From contig OY759316.1 of NCBI GenBank assembly GCA_963662275.1, forward strand, positions 3,584,001 through 3,648,000: DNA of 64,000 nucleotides. Direction: 5' to 3'. This DNA comes from Candidatus Cloacimonadales bacterium. GTDB lineage: Bacteria; Cloacimonadota; Cloacimonadia; Cloacimonadales; DAONDQ01. Both the position numbers and the translations under genes were made by a program. This document shows, one piece after another, positions 39,507-49,169 of the stretch; within the stretch, counting starts at the first letter, position 1, and every line of letters starts with the position of its first letter. Below the pieces are notes generated by a model, which was not told the DNA's origin, searched no databases, and was given only the letters and a program-made list of their open reading frames with translations.

Positions 39507-42158
39507 CTATTGCAAATCCTTCAATATCTCTTTCGTCAGGTCAAGTTTTGTTTTTACTTCCACCTGCTTTTCGTGTTCTTTTTCAATCACTTCCGGCTTG
39601 GCATGCTGAACAAAATTCTCGTTATTCAGTTTATTCTCGATACTGGATAATTCCTTATCCAGTTTCTCGATTTGCTTTTCCAACTTGGCTGTTTCCTGGG
39701 CAAGGTCCACCAGTCCGCATAAAGGCAGATAGATTTCGATATTACGTACCACAGCAGCAATGGAAGCCTTTGGTTTAGTAATGCCTTCTCCGGTTTCCAT
39801 GCTTACCACTTTCGCCAGCTTATTGAAATAGCTTCTATATTCATCGAATAACTTGGTCTGTTCTGCTTTGGCAACACGTATTACAATACTGATCTCCGTT
39901 GCAGGAGAAAGATTCACCTGCTTCCTCAAATTACGCACAGCAGTGATGGCTTCCTGCATGAATGTCATATGATCAGCAATATCACTGTCTATTTTCTTTT
40001 TATCTGCAACTGGGAATAAGGCTATTATTAAAGCCTTCTCTTCCATAGGATAATAGTTTTTGATTCCCTGCCAAATTTCCTCTGTCAGGAAAGGCATGAT
40101 CGGGTGCAATAAACGCATCGCGGTCTGCAACACATCGAGAAGCACGTACTTCGCTGTCTTCTGACCTTCCAAATCCTCTTCATTATAGATTCTATCCTTG
40201 GAAAGCTCAAGATACCAGGAACAGTACTCATCCCAAATGAACTTCATCAGATCGGAAGCTGCATCATTGAAACGAAGATTTTCATAATGAGTGGTCACGG
40301 ATTCTGTCACTTCATGAAGCCTGCTGTATATCCAACGATCTGCCAATTCTAATCGTAATTCATTCGGTTTGGGCATCCCTTCAATCTTTTCCACATTCAT
40401 CATGATATAACGATACGCATTCCAAATCTTATTGGCGAAGTTACGTCCGCTTTCGAGAATCGAATCTGACCACACGCTATCTGCACCCTTCGGAGTGTTG
40501 AAGATCATGGAGAAACGGAGAGAATCCGCTCCCACACTTTCGATGATATCGATAGGGTCAGGAGAATTACCCAAAGACTTGCTGAGCTTTCTGCCGAGAG
40601 TGTCTCTTACAGTTCCATGCAAAAGCACGGTATCGAAAGGAATTTTCTGTTCAAATTCAATGGTCGCCATGATCATGCGTGCCACCCAGAGATAGATGAT
40701 CTCAGGGGCTGTGATGAGCAGATTGGTTGGCAGGAAATACTCCAAATCTTTTGTTTTCTCAGGCCAGCCCATCGTTGAGAAGGGCCACAGCCAGGAAGAG
40801 AACCACGTATCCAACACATCTTCATCCTGTCTAAACGCAGAATGTCCGCATTTAGCACAAGTCTTTGGTGTTTCCAATGCCACCACCATTTCATTACAGG
40901 AATCACAATAATAAGCAGGAATGCGGTGCCCCCACCAGATTTGGCGAGAAATACACCAGTCACGGATATTCTCCATCCAGTGCATATACACTTTTGTCCA
41001 ACGTTCAGGCTGGAAGCGTACAGTTCCATTGTTTACCACTTCGATGGCAGGAACAGCAAGGGGCTGCATTCTCACGAACCACTGGTCGGAAAGATAAGGT
41101 TCTATCACAGTATCACAGCGGTAGCAATGACCCACCGCATGATTGTGCTTTTCTATTTTCTCTAAAAGTCCCTTTTCGGAGAGCATTTTGACGATCTTCT
41201 CACGGCAGGCATACCGGTCCATACCTTCAAAATCAGCACCGGCATTGGCATTCATGATACCATGCTCATCCATCACGAGGATTTGCTCCAGGTTATGACG
41301 GCGTCCCACTTCAAAGTCATTGGGATCATGGGCGGGTGTGATCTTCACATATCCGCTGCCGAATTCCTTTTCCACATAATCATCCGCTATGATGGGGATT
41401 TCTCTTTCCAGGAAAGGAAGGATGACCAACTTGCCGATTTGGTCGATATAGCGTTTATCCTTGGGATTTACTGCTACAGCGGTATCTCCCAACATGGTTT
41501 CAGGACGTGTGGTTGCCACAGTCACAAATCCGCTGCCATCTTTGAATGGATACTTGATATGCCACAGTGAGCCGTCTTCATCCGCATGCTCCACTTCATC
41601 ATTTGCCAGAGCTGTCACACAGCGCGGACACCAGTTGATGATGTATTTGCCTTTATAGATCAGGTCTTTTTCATAAAGATGGATGAACACTTCCTTCACT
41701 GCTTTGGAAAGACCTTCATCCATGGTGAAGCGTTCACGTGTCCAATCACAGGAACAACCCAACTGCTTGAGCTGTTCAATGATCCTGTCGCCTTTCTCCT
41801 GCTTCCACTGCCATATGCGTTTCACAAGTTCTTCCCTGCCGATATCATGACGGGAAAGACCTTCTTTCGCTATCGACTTCTCCACCATATTCTGCGTGGC
41901 AATACCGGCATGGTCTACACCCGGTATCCAGAGCGTTGGCACGCCTGTCATACGTTTGTAGCGTATCATCACGTCTTGCAGAGTATTGTTCAGCACGTGT
42001 CCCATATGCAGGACACCTGTCACGTTCGGCGGTGGTATCAGGATTGTGTAAGGCTTTTTATCAGGATCGATCGTTGGCGTGAAGAAACCTTCTTCCATCC
42101 AATAGGCATACCACTTCTTCTCAATCTGGGAAGGATCGTACGTTTTATTTAATTCCAT
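39507..42158 (-). CDS. valS: Valine--tRNA ligase
   Basis: PPPNVTG.LHMGH, ATTRPET, DWCISRQIWWGHRIP, DVLDTWFSS, KLSKS, C-terminal coiled coil. Confidence 0.98.
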   Translation of the reverse strand: MELNKTYDPSQIEKKWYAYWMEEGFFTPTIDPDKKPYTILIPPPNVTGVLHMGHVLNNTLQDVMIRYKRMTGVPTLWIPGVDHAGIATQNMVEKSIAKEGLSRHDIGREELVKRIWQWKQEKGDRIIEQLKQLGCSCDWTRERFTMDEGLSKAVKEVFIHLYEKDLIYKGKYIINWCPRCVTALANDEVEHADEDGSLWHIKYPFKDGSGFVTVATTRPETMLGDTAVAVNPKDKRYIDQIGKLVILPFLEREIPIIADDYVEKEFGSGYVKITPAHDPNDFEVGRRHNLEQILVMDEHGIMNANAGADFEGMDRYACREKIVKMLSEKGLLEKIEKHNHAVGHCYRCDTVIEPYLSDQWFVRMQPLAVPAIEVVNNGTVRFQPERWTKVYMHWMENIRDWCISRQIWWGHRIPAYYCDSCNEMVVALETPKTCAKCGHSAFRQDEDVLDTWFSSWLWPFSTMGWPEKTKDLEYFLPTNLLITAPEIIYLWVARMIMATIEFEQKIPFDTVLLHGTVRDTLGRKLSKSLGNSPDPIDIIESVGADSLRFSMIFNTPKGADSVWSDSILESGRNFANKIWNAYRYIMMNVEKIEGMPKPNELRLELADRWIYSRLHEVTESVTTHYENLRFNDAASDLMKFIWDEYCSWYLELSKDRIYNEEDLEGQKTAKYVLLDVLQTAMRLLHPIMPFLTEEIWQGIKNYYPMEEKALIIALFPVADKKKIDSDIADHMTFMQEAITAVRNLRKQVNLSPATEISIVIRVAKAEQTKLFDEYRSYFNKLAKVVSMETGEGITKPKASIAAVVRNIEIYLPLCGLVDLAQETAKLEKQIEKLDKELSSIENKLNNENFVQHAKPEVIEKEHEKQVEVKTKLDLTKEILKDLQ

Positions 42159-42205
42159 TTGTAGTTCCTTTATTTATGTAGGTTATTGATTTATGTATGA
42201 GTTTC

Positions 42206-42404
42206 TGGAGTTCAAATGCCCAAGCTACATATTAGTGAACTGACAGCCAAAAGGGCATGTGGACTTCAGCTGAAAACTAGTCGGTTCATTGAGTGATTTC
42301 GACGAAGGAGAAATTGTATCGAAATGTACCGACGAAATCAACCTAAATGGTAAATGTCGTCTCCTCGATACAAACAGATAAATCTGTTCACTCGGGGAAC
42401 TCAG
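42206..42404. mobile_element. Composite non-coding MITE-like element (modules A+B)
   Basis: Homologous copies at 48813-49060, 52435-52554 (inverted), 55444-55640. Confidence 0.7.
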
Positions 42405-42407
42405 TTT

Positions 42408-42959
42408 TTAAGCTTTCTCGATCGGATATTCCCTGCCCAGTCTCTGCATTTCCTTTTGAATGAAATACCGATGAGCAGCAAAGGCGATCGGGGGCAGCTT
42501 ATCCAGCGCGACATAGCATGCTTCTGCAGCGTCATCACCTGCAGCAAGCAAACCTCCGGCAACTTTCATATTAAAACCAAAAGAAAGAACCTGCTGATAT
42601 AACTCCGAATGACCGGAAAAATAACCGATGAAGTGATTCACTTCGCCAATGAGTCCTGTTTCTTCTTCCATTTCATCAATAGCCGTATCTTCAGGTGTTT
42701 GATAGATTTCCATATATCCACTCGGTAATGACCAACATCCCGCATGAGGCTCATCCTTTCGCTTGATAATGAGCAATTCATTTTTCTCATTGAAAACCAC
42801 AACCGCCACAGCAGGCACCGGATTTTTATAATAGATCCATTCACAAGCCGGACATTGCGGACGCAGCTTGCCTTCATGGTCATCTTTCAATACAAGACCA
42901 GTTCCACAACGCAGACAGTTGTTGATTCCAAGGTAGTTTTCTTTCGTTAAGTTACTCAT
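42408..42959 (-). CDS. NUDIX hydrolase with N-terminal zinc ribbon
   Basis: CLRCG..CPAC; PSGYME...EMEEETG; AGDDA. Confidence 0.9.
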   Translation of the reverse strand: MSNLTKENYLGINNCLRCGTGLVLKDDHEGKLRPQCPACEWIYYKNPVPAVAVVVFNEKNELLIIKRKDEPHAGCWSLPSGYMEIYQTPEDTAIDEMEEETGLIGEVNHFIGYFSGHSELYQQVLSFGFNMKVAGGLLAAGDDAAEACYVALDKLPPIAFAAHRYFIQKEMQRLGREYPIEKA

Positions 42960-43106
42960 AATTTGAAACTTTCAGGTATTTGTATCATGTCAAGGAAAAG
43001 TATGAAGTGCGAAGTGCGAAGTTGAAGAGCAGAACTAACTAACTTGACAAGATTATTATTTGATAGAAAATTAAAAAAATAAACTATGATGTATTGGGAG
43101 ATAATA

Positions 43107-43955
43107 ATGACTCGATATTTGATTCTTGTATTGTTGATATTATTACTATTATCCTGTTCAAAGCCCACTTCAAACGATAATACACCTCAATCTTTTTCCT
43201 TAACAATCAAGCTTCTGGATACCAACAACCAACCGCTGGATAATTATATAGTAGCGGTTGGTCCTAGTATTGATACTGAAGAGTATCACTTTCGACCTAC
43301 AACATATATTCCATTCACGATTGCTCATACTTGTCATGCCAAATTTGAAGTACAGGACTATTTCGGCAATCATGTTAAAACACTTATGGATCTTGATCTT
43401 CACCCAGGCAACCATACAGCCTTCTGGAATTCTACCGATGATTCAGGAAACTTCGTAAACAGAGATGGACTCTATAAGTTCCGGCTTGAGTGTTTTGAAA
43501 ATAATCAAAGTGTCTTTTGCGATTCTACCTATGGTTATCAATTAGTCTGGCTTTATGGTTCTCGTTCGCCTTATTCCACAAATTCTCATGGAGAATGCAC
43601 AATCACAAGCAAACTACCTTTCCCGATTCTCTATAATGAACAAATAATTCCAAAAACTGACGAGGAATCCAATAATTTAGGAGATATAGACTTTTCAGAT
43701 CAATTCCGTGTTATTGTATGCCAGGCTGATTCTACAGGTGAACCTCTGGGCGAAAAACGATACCAGGTATTTACAATACATGATGATTTGAATACACTCA
43801 CATTGAATTGGGATACCTTGAATATTTTGAATAACACAGCTCAAACTTCAAAGCAAATAAAAAAGGTACTACCGATCGGTAATCAAATGTTATCGAAAGA
43901 CGTACCTTCTTCATTATATAAGCTCTATCCTGTTTACCCAAACCCCTATAATTAG
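43107..43955 (+). CDS. Lipoprotein with internal FlgD-Ig-like domain and terminal YPNPYN
   Basis: Lipobox LLSC; GNHVKTL..PGNH...WNSTDDSG..GLY; ends LYPVYPNPYN. Confidence 0.75.
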   Translation: MTRYLILVLLILLLLSCSKPTSNDNTPQSFSLTIKLLDTNNQPLDNYIVAVGPSIDTEEYHFRPTTYIPFTIAHTCHAKFEVQDYFGNHVKTLMDLDLHPGNHTAFWNSTDDSGNFVNRDGLYKFRLECFENNQSVFCDSTYGYQLVWLYGSRSPYSTNSHGECTITSKLPFPILYNEQIIPKTDEESNNLGDIDFSDQFRVIVCQADSTGEPLGEKRYQVFTIHDDLNTLTLNWDTLNILNNTAQTSKQIKKVLPIGNQMLSKDVPSSLYKLYPVYPNPYN

Positions 43956-44027
43956 AGATTAAGCGGTTCACATCCGATTCATCTGCAACAATTTTAAGTT
44001 CGAAGTATACGATATAAATGTATTACG

Positions 44028-44495
44028 CTATTCTCCGTCATATGCATCCTTTAGTGACTTGAAATCCAGCTTAACAGAATTCAGCATAACCTTAGACACA
44101 CGTTCCCGGCGAAAGCTGTCGGTGTCGTGCATCATTTCGTCGAGTACATCAGGCACCACTACCCAGGAAAGTCCGAATTTGTCTTTCAGCCAACCGCACA
44201 TCACAGGTGCTCCACCGTCTGCAATCAGATCATTCCAGTAATAATCTATCTCCTCCTGGTCTTTACAACTGATTGTTAAGGAAAATGACTCATTCAAAAC
44301 GAAAGGTGAAGGTGCGCTCATCAGCAGAACTTCCATTCCATTCAGCCCCATCGTCACCAGATATACAGGTGCGCCATTAGGATCTTTGATTTCACTGCTC
44401 CTGATGATTTGGCTGCTCTTAAAAATCTCTTGATAGAACTTCGCCACTTCGCGGACATCGGTTTGAAACCAGAGTGTGGGAATAAGTTTGCTCAT
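44028..44495 (-). CDS. VOC/PhnB-like (3-demethylubiquinone-9 3-methyltransferase family) protein
   Basis: QEEIDYYW, CGWLKDKFGLSW. Confidence 0.9.
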   Translation of the reverse strand: MSKLIPTLWFQTDVREVAKFYQEIFKSSQIIRSSEIKDPNGAPVYLVTMGLNGMEVLLMSAPSPFVLNESFSLTISCKDQEEIDYYWNDLIADGGAPVMCGWLKDKFGLSWVVVPDVLDEMMHDTDSFRRERVSKVMLNSVKLDFKSLKDAYDGE

Positions 44496-45090
44496 AGCTG
44501 TTATGCCTCCATAAATTAATCATCATAAAATGAAGGAAAGAATAGCTCTTCCAAATGTCAAAGGAAATCCATTAAAACCCATTTAATCACATTGCAATGA
44601 AAGGAATAGCGAGCATAAATAACTCACAAATCGCACTCGAACTGCGCTCGAATGACATACTATTCAGCTACTAGCCGGATCCTAAAGTATTTTTAGTTTT
44701 TGGTTACCATCTTTTTATGATCTGTTTGGTTTCCGTTTTCTTGCTTATTCAAGAGCGAGAAGTGTGCCACTCATCTGCAACAATTCGAAGTTCGAAGTGC
44801 GAAGGACGAAGTTCGAAGTGGGGAATCACCAGGCAAAAAATCAACAAAAAAGACTCATATAAATTTAAGTAAGTTTCATCTAGGCATTATCTAGGCTTCA
44901 TCTAGGAATGATCTAGACTTTCTTAGTTTTTCTTAGGTAGATGCTTTGTTTTTTACTATTTTCAACATTCCTGATATTTCATGAGGCTCATATGACACTT
45001 ATTTTTTTATTATTCCAATTTTGAAATATCTTTATTTCTTTGTCAAATCAAAATCAGGCTTTATCAGAATGTAAGAGATGAGCTAAATAT

Positions 45091-45259
45091 TCAAGTCCAG
45101 TATGGACGATATATAATAACGCTCGGATTTCAATCCGGCGCAATGAATCGTTGCACCAATCTCAAGTCCAGTCAGGATGAAAGAAAGATGTCACTCCTAT
45201 AATCTATCCGGGACTGTGAGCTTTGTCGTACATATCGCCGGATTGAAATCCGAGCGTTA
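45091..45259. repeat. REP/MITE-like element with 24-bp perfect inverted repeat
   Basis: TAACGCTCGGATTTCAATCCGGCG (45117-45140) / CGCCGGATTGAAATCCGAGCGTTA (45236-45259). Confidence 0.8.
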
Positions 45260-45268
45260 ATATCTTTC

Positions 45269-47161
45269 GGAGATGTCCCGAAACTAAATGATAGAAAAAT
45301 AGCAACTATTAAATATTAATCATATTACTTGACATATTGTTATAGGGTGTATTGTTGCCTTTAAAAACTAAGCATAGAGAGAATTATGAATTTCAGAGAG
45401 CACAATCCGAATCAGGGGACACTCTATGGACTTAATATTGAAGAGAGAATACCTCCCCAGCACATGGTTCGTTATGTTAACGATGTCGTTGAGCAACTGG
45501 ACTTATCTGAGCTATATACAAGATACTCTGATGAAGGTACACCTGCTTATCATCCCAAGATGATGTTGAAGATCATTGTGTATGCCTATATCAATGGTAT
45601 TTATACCTGTCGGAAGATAGCTAAGGCTGTTCGGGAGAACATCAATTTTATCTGGCTGGCAGGAGAACAGGAACCTGATTTCAGAACGATCAACACCTTT
45701 GCCTGGACTAAGTGTTCTGATATTCTTATTGATGTATTTTATCAGGTAGTACTGAAAGCATCATCATTAGGATATCTTGATCTCGACACCTGTTTTGTTG
45801 ACGGGACGACGATTCACGCAAATGCCGGCAAGAATTCCTACATCTGGAAAAGCAATGCGCTTCGTTATCAGGAACTGGTCAAGACACGAGTTGAGGGATT
45901 GTTTAAAAAGATCGAGGAATATAATCAGGAAGAGCAACAGCAATATGGAACCGCTGATCTTCTTGAGCTTGGTGAGCAATTGCATGCGGTTGAATCAGAG
46001 AAAACTGCTACAGTCGCATCTGAACAGATCAGAGATAGACTGGTCTCAGCAGAAAACAAGCTGAAAGAAGCAATGTCCCGACTACAGAAAAATCATCCGT
46101 CAGATACTCGGGCTATCAAGAAAATCAAATCTCTTTTGCGCGAAATCTCCAAATCAAAGAGCAATGATATAACTAAGCTGGAGAAATATGAGCAACAGCT
46201 TGAGATAATTGGAGAAGGACGCAGCAGCACATCCAAGACTGATAATGATGCCACATTTATGCGATTGAAAAATGGACAGCTGGCACCGGGTTATGTTGCC
46301 AGTATCGGAACTTCAGAGCAATTTGTCACAGGCATTCACTTATTCAATATCCCTAAAGAAACCGTTGAATTTCCCAATCTCATGGAGCAAATGCATGATG
46401 AATTGGGACAATATCCTACCGACGTTGTTGGAGATGCTGCCTATGGCACTGCGCTGAATTTGAATTATGCTGCTGAAAAAGAGATAACAAGCTATCTCAA
46501 GACCCAGGATTATAAGAGAGATTATCGGGACTCTCTTCTGACAGGCTTCAGCTATGATGAGGAGCATGATGAGTGGGTCTGTCAATTTAATCGGAGACTG
46601 GTCAAAATCAAGGAAGAAGAGACAGAGAAGAACGGTCCGAAACGAATCGTGAAAACCTATATATGTAATGACTGCAGAGAATGTCCTCACAATAAAAAGT
46701 GTATTCCCTACAAGGATAAAACACATAAATCACTGACCTACGATCCTCATATAGCTCCACTAAAACGTCAGACCGTCAATAATCTGCTTTCTGAAAAAGG
46801 CGACAAGCTGAGAAAGCAAAGAGGCATCGAACCGGAGGCTGTATTTGCTTTCATGAAGTGGAACAGGAAGTTTGAGAGATTTACTGTCCGTTCATTGAGA
46901 AAATGCAAGGAACAGTTATCCCTCCTCTTTTTAGGACATAATATAGGGAAAATGTTTCTGCACTTACAAAATACTGAAGGAAAAGCCTGATGAAGACTCT
47001 TCCTACCAGAATTCAAACATGAATTAGGTAAATATTACTCCGTTTTTCCTTGTCTTTGCATCGCTTTTCGGAAACTATTGAGTAATTTAGTTTGCCTGTA
47101 AAAACAATCACATATTTTACAACAGAAGAAAATAAAATCATGCTAGTTTCGGGACATCTCC
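45269..47161 (+). mobile_element. IS1182-family insertion sequence
   Basis: 18-bp perfect terminal IRs GGAGATGTCCCGAAACTA / TAGTTTCGGGACATCTCC around the transposase. Confidence 0.9.
45386..46990 (+). CDS. IS1182-family transposase
   Basis: YHPKMMLK, PDFRTI, VDGT, SKTDNDATFM, DAAYG, EAVFA. Confidence 0.93.
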   Translation: MNFREHNPNQGTLYGLNIEERIPPQHMVRYVNDVVEQLDLSELYTRYSDEGTPAYHPKMMLKIIVYAYINGIYTCRKIAKAVRENINFIWLAGEQEPDFRTINTFAWTKCSDILIDVFYQVVLKASSLGYLDLDTCFVDGTTIHANAGKNSYIWKSNALRYQELVKTRVEGLFKKIEEYNQEEQQQYGTADLLELGEQLHAVESEKTATVASEQIRDRLVSAENKLKEAMSRLQKNHPSDTRAIKKIKSLLREISKSKSNDITKLEKYEQQLEIIGEGRSSTSKTDNDATFMRLKNGQLAPGYVASIGTSEQFVTGIHLFNIPKETVEFPNLMEQMHDELGQYPTDVVGDAAYGTALNLNYAAEKEITSYLKTQDYKRDYRDSLLTGFSYDEEHDEWVCQFNRRLVKIKEEETEKNGPKRIVKTYICNDCRECPHNKKCIPYKDKTHKSLTYDPHIAPLKRQTVNNLLSEKGDKLRKQRGIEPEAVFAFMKWNRKFERFTVRSLRKCKEQLSLLFLGHNIGKMFLHLQNTEGKA

Positions 47162-47458
47162 TTAGAATATTACTATTTTTCTCGCTTATTGAAATCTGGT
47201 GATCTTATCCGTCATTCCGATGATGAATCCCAATAACAAATCTTACATTTATATGGTACATACTATAAAATAGTATATACTTTTTACTGGTTCCTACCAT
47301 TAAAATGTAATGACAATTATATGGTTTGTCCAATAAGAATAACTTCACTGCTTTCCTAAATGCCTACCCAGATTCCACTTGTGCAACAATAAGATACACT
47401 TACCAGAATAAAGATAATGAAATTCCTGGCTGGGCAGTGTAGAAAATTAACGCCAAGC

Positions 47459-48730
47459 TTACATTTTCCGTATCATATACGCAAACAGCAGCACATTCAG
47501 CACCAGCACAATCACACCTGTCGCCCAGAGGAATATCTTATCAATCAGCGAATTGGCGTGTATTCCCATCACCTTTTTAGAGGATGTCAGGTAAATCTGC
47601 ATGAAGATAGTAATCGGTAATTGAATACTTAAGAGCATTTGAGAATAGACCAAACCTTTGAAAGGATTATTTATAAATTGGATAATGCAAGTCGCCAATA
47701 CCATAGTAATCCCAACCCCTACCTTACTATGCCAGTCATTGATATCGTATGATTCCTTAAACAAACCTGCAAAGATTGAACCGCCTGCCATACCGGCAGT
47801 AACGCTGGAAGCGATACCTGCAAAAAGAAGTGCGAAGGCAAATACCAAGGCAGCAGAATTACCGAGGATAGGTTTCAGCATTGCCTGTGCCTGGCTGAGT
47901 TCAGTTACTGCTATATGTTGGTGAAAGAAGGTAGCAGCAGCCACGAGGATCATTGCCGTATTGATAGCCCAACCAACTCCCATGGCAAATACTGTATCCA
48001 TAAACTCAAACTTCAACTGGTGCTTGATCTTCTTTTCATCATCCAAATTCCATTGACGACTTTGGATGATTTCTGAATGAAGATAGAGATTATGAGGCAT
48101 GACAATAGAACCTAATACACTTAATACAACCAGTATCGAACCTTGCGGAAAAGCAGGTGTGATCATGGAAGTTGAAGCTCTGACCCAGTCCAGGTGAACC
48201 AAGCTTAGTTCAAATATAAAGGAAAGACCAATAAGTGAAACAAATCCGATGATATATCTTTCCAGCAACCGATAAGAATTGGCATACAGAAGCCATAGAA
48301 TCAACCCCATAATCATAACACTGCCAATCCTGAGAGGAATGTGGAAAAGCATTTGCAGAGCAATGGCACCTCCCAGTATCTCAGCCAGGGCAGTGAAAAC
48401 TGATGCCAGGATAGCACTGGATAATGCTGTGATGGATATTGGTTTAGGCAGATAATGAGTTGCTGCTTCCGAGATACAAAGTCCAGTCACAATACCCAAA
48501 TGTGCGGCATTATGCTGTAATATGATCAGCATGATCGTACCGAGTGAAATCATCCACAGTAAAGCATATCCGTAACCAGCTCCTGCGGCAATATTAGCAG
48601 CCCAGTTCCCCGGATCAATGAATCCAACCGTGACAAGAAGCCCGGGTCCTATGTACTTCAGAATTTCCAGACCACCCAGTCGTGGATTATGCTTTACATT
48701 TGAATACAGTTTTCTTATATGTTTTATCAT
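47459..48730 (-). CDS. mntH: NRAMP-family divalent metal (Mn2+/Fe2+) transporter
   Basis: IDPGNW, VMPHNLYLHS; start uncertain (48730 favoured because the longer ORF runs into a repeat). Confidence 0.88.
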   Translation of the reverse strand: MIKHIRKLYSNVKHNPRLGGLEILKYIGPGLLVTVGFIDPGNWAANIAAGAGYGYALLWMISLGTIMLIILQHNAAHLGIVTGLCISEAATHYLPKPISITALSSAILASVFTALAEILGGAIALQMLFHIPLRIGSVMIMGLILWLLYANSYRLLERYIIGFVSLIGLSFIFELSLVHLDWVRASTSMITPAFPQGSILVVLSVLGSIVMPHNLYLHSEIIQSRQWNLDDEKKIKHQLKFEFMDTVFAMGVGWAINTAMILVAAATFFHQHIAVTELSQAQAMLKPILGNSAALVFAFALLFAGIASSVTAGMAGGSIFAGLFKESYDINDWHSKVGVGITMVLATCIIQFINNPFKGLVYSQMLLSIQLPITIFMQIYLTSSKKVMGIHANSLIDKIFLWATGVIVLVLNVLLFAYMIRKM

Positions 48731-48812
48731 TTGCTGATATGATAATTGGATTTCTATTATTTTGTACAGATTTTCTTTCTTTCTGATTTTGTACTTATTT
48801 GAAAGCAGAGTT

Positions 48813-49060
48813 TGGAGTTCAATTGCCCTAAACAAATTATCATTGAATACCTGGCTAAAAGGGCATTCGGACTTTACTGAAATCTAAGAGTCGGTTCATT
48901 GAGTGATTTCGACGAAGGAGAAATTGTATCGAAATGACCCAATGTGACACTATAAGGTTGTGCAATGTCGTCTCGATGCAAATAGATAAATCTGTTCACT
49001 CGGAGAACTCAGCTTTAATTCTCGGTAGCGAAAACTCGTTTACTGGGAAGTTCGATTCTG
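48813..49060. mobile_element. Composite MITE-like element (modules A+B+C)
   Basis: Homology to 42206-42404 and 52435-52554. Confidence 0.7.
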
Positions 49061-49169
49061 CATTTTCCATTCTGACTCTGTGGAAAAAAGTCCAGACAAG
49101 CATGCCGGAGTAAAAAAAGCCGTACTATCTAAAAAAAGAAAATACGGCTTGTCTAAAGGTTTATCTAAA

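Noticed and set aside
42160..42404. T-box or riboswitch leader for valS
   Set aside because: No T-box consensus recognised; the sequence recurs at unrelated loci as a MITE-like repeat
48731..48835. N-terminal extension of the NRAMP ORF
   Set aside because: Begins inside MITE module A; not NRAMP-like
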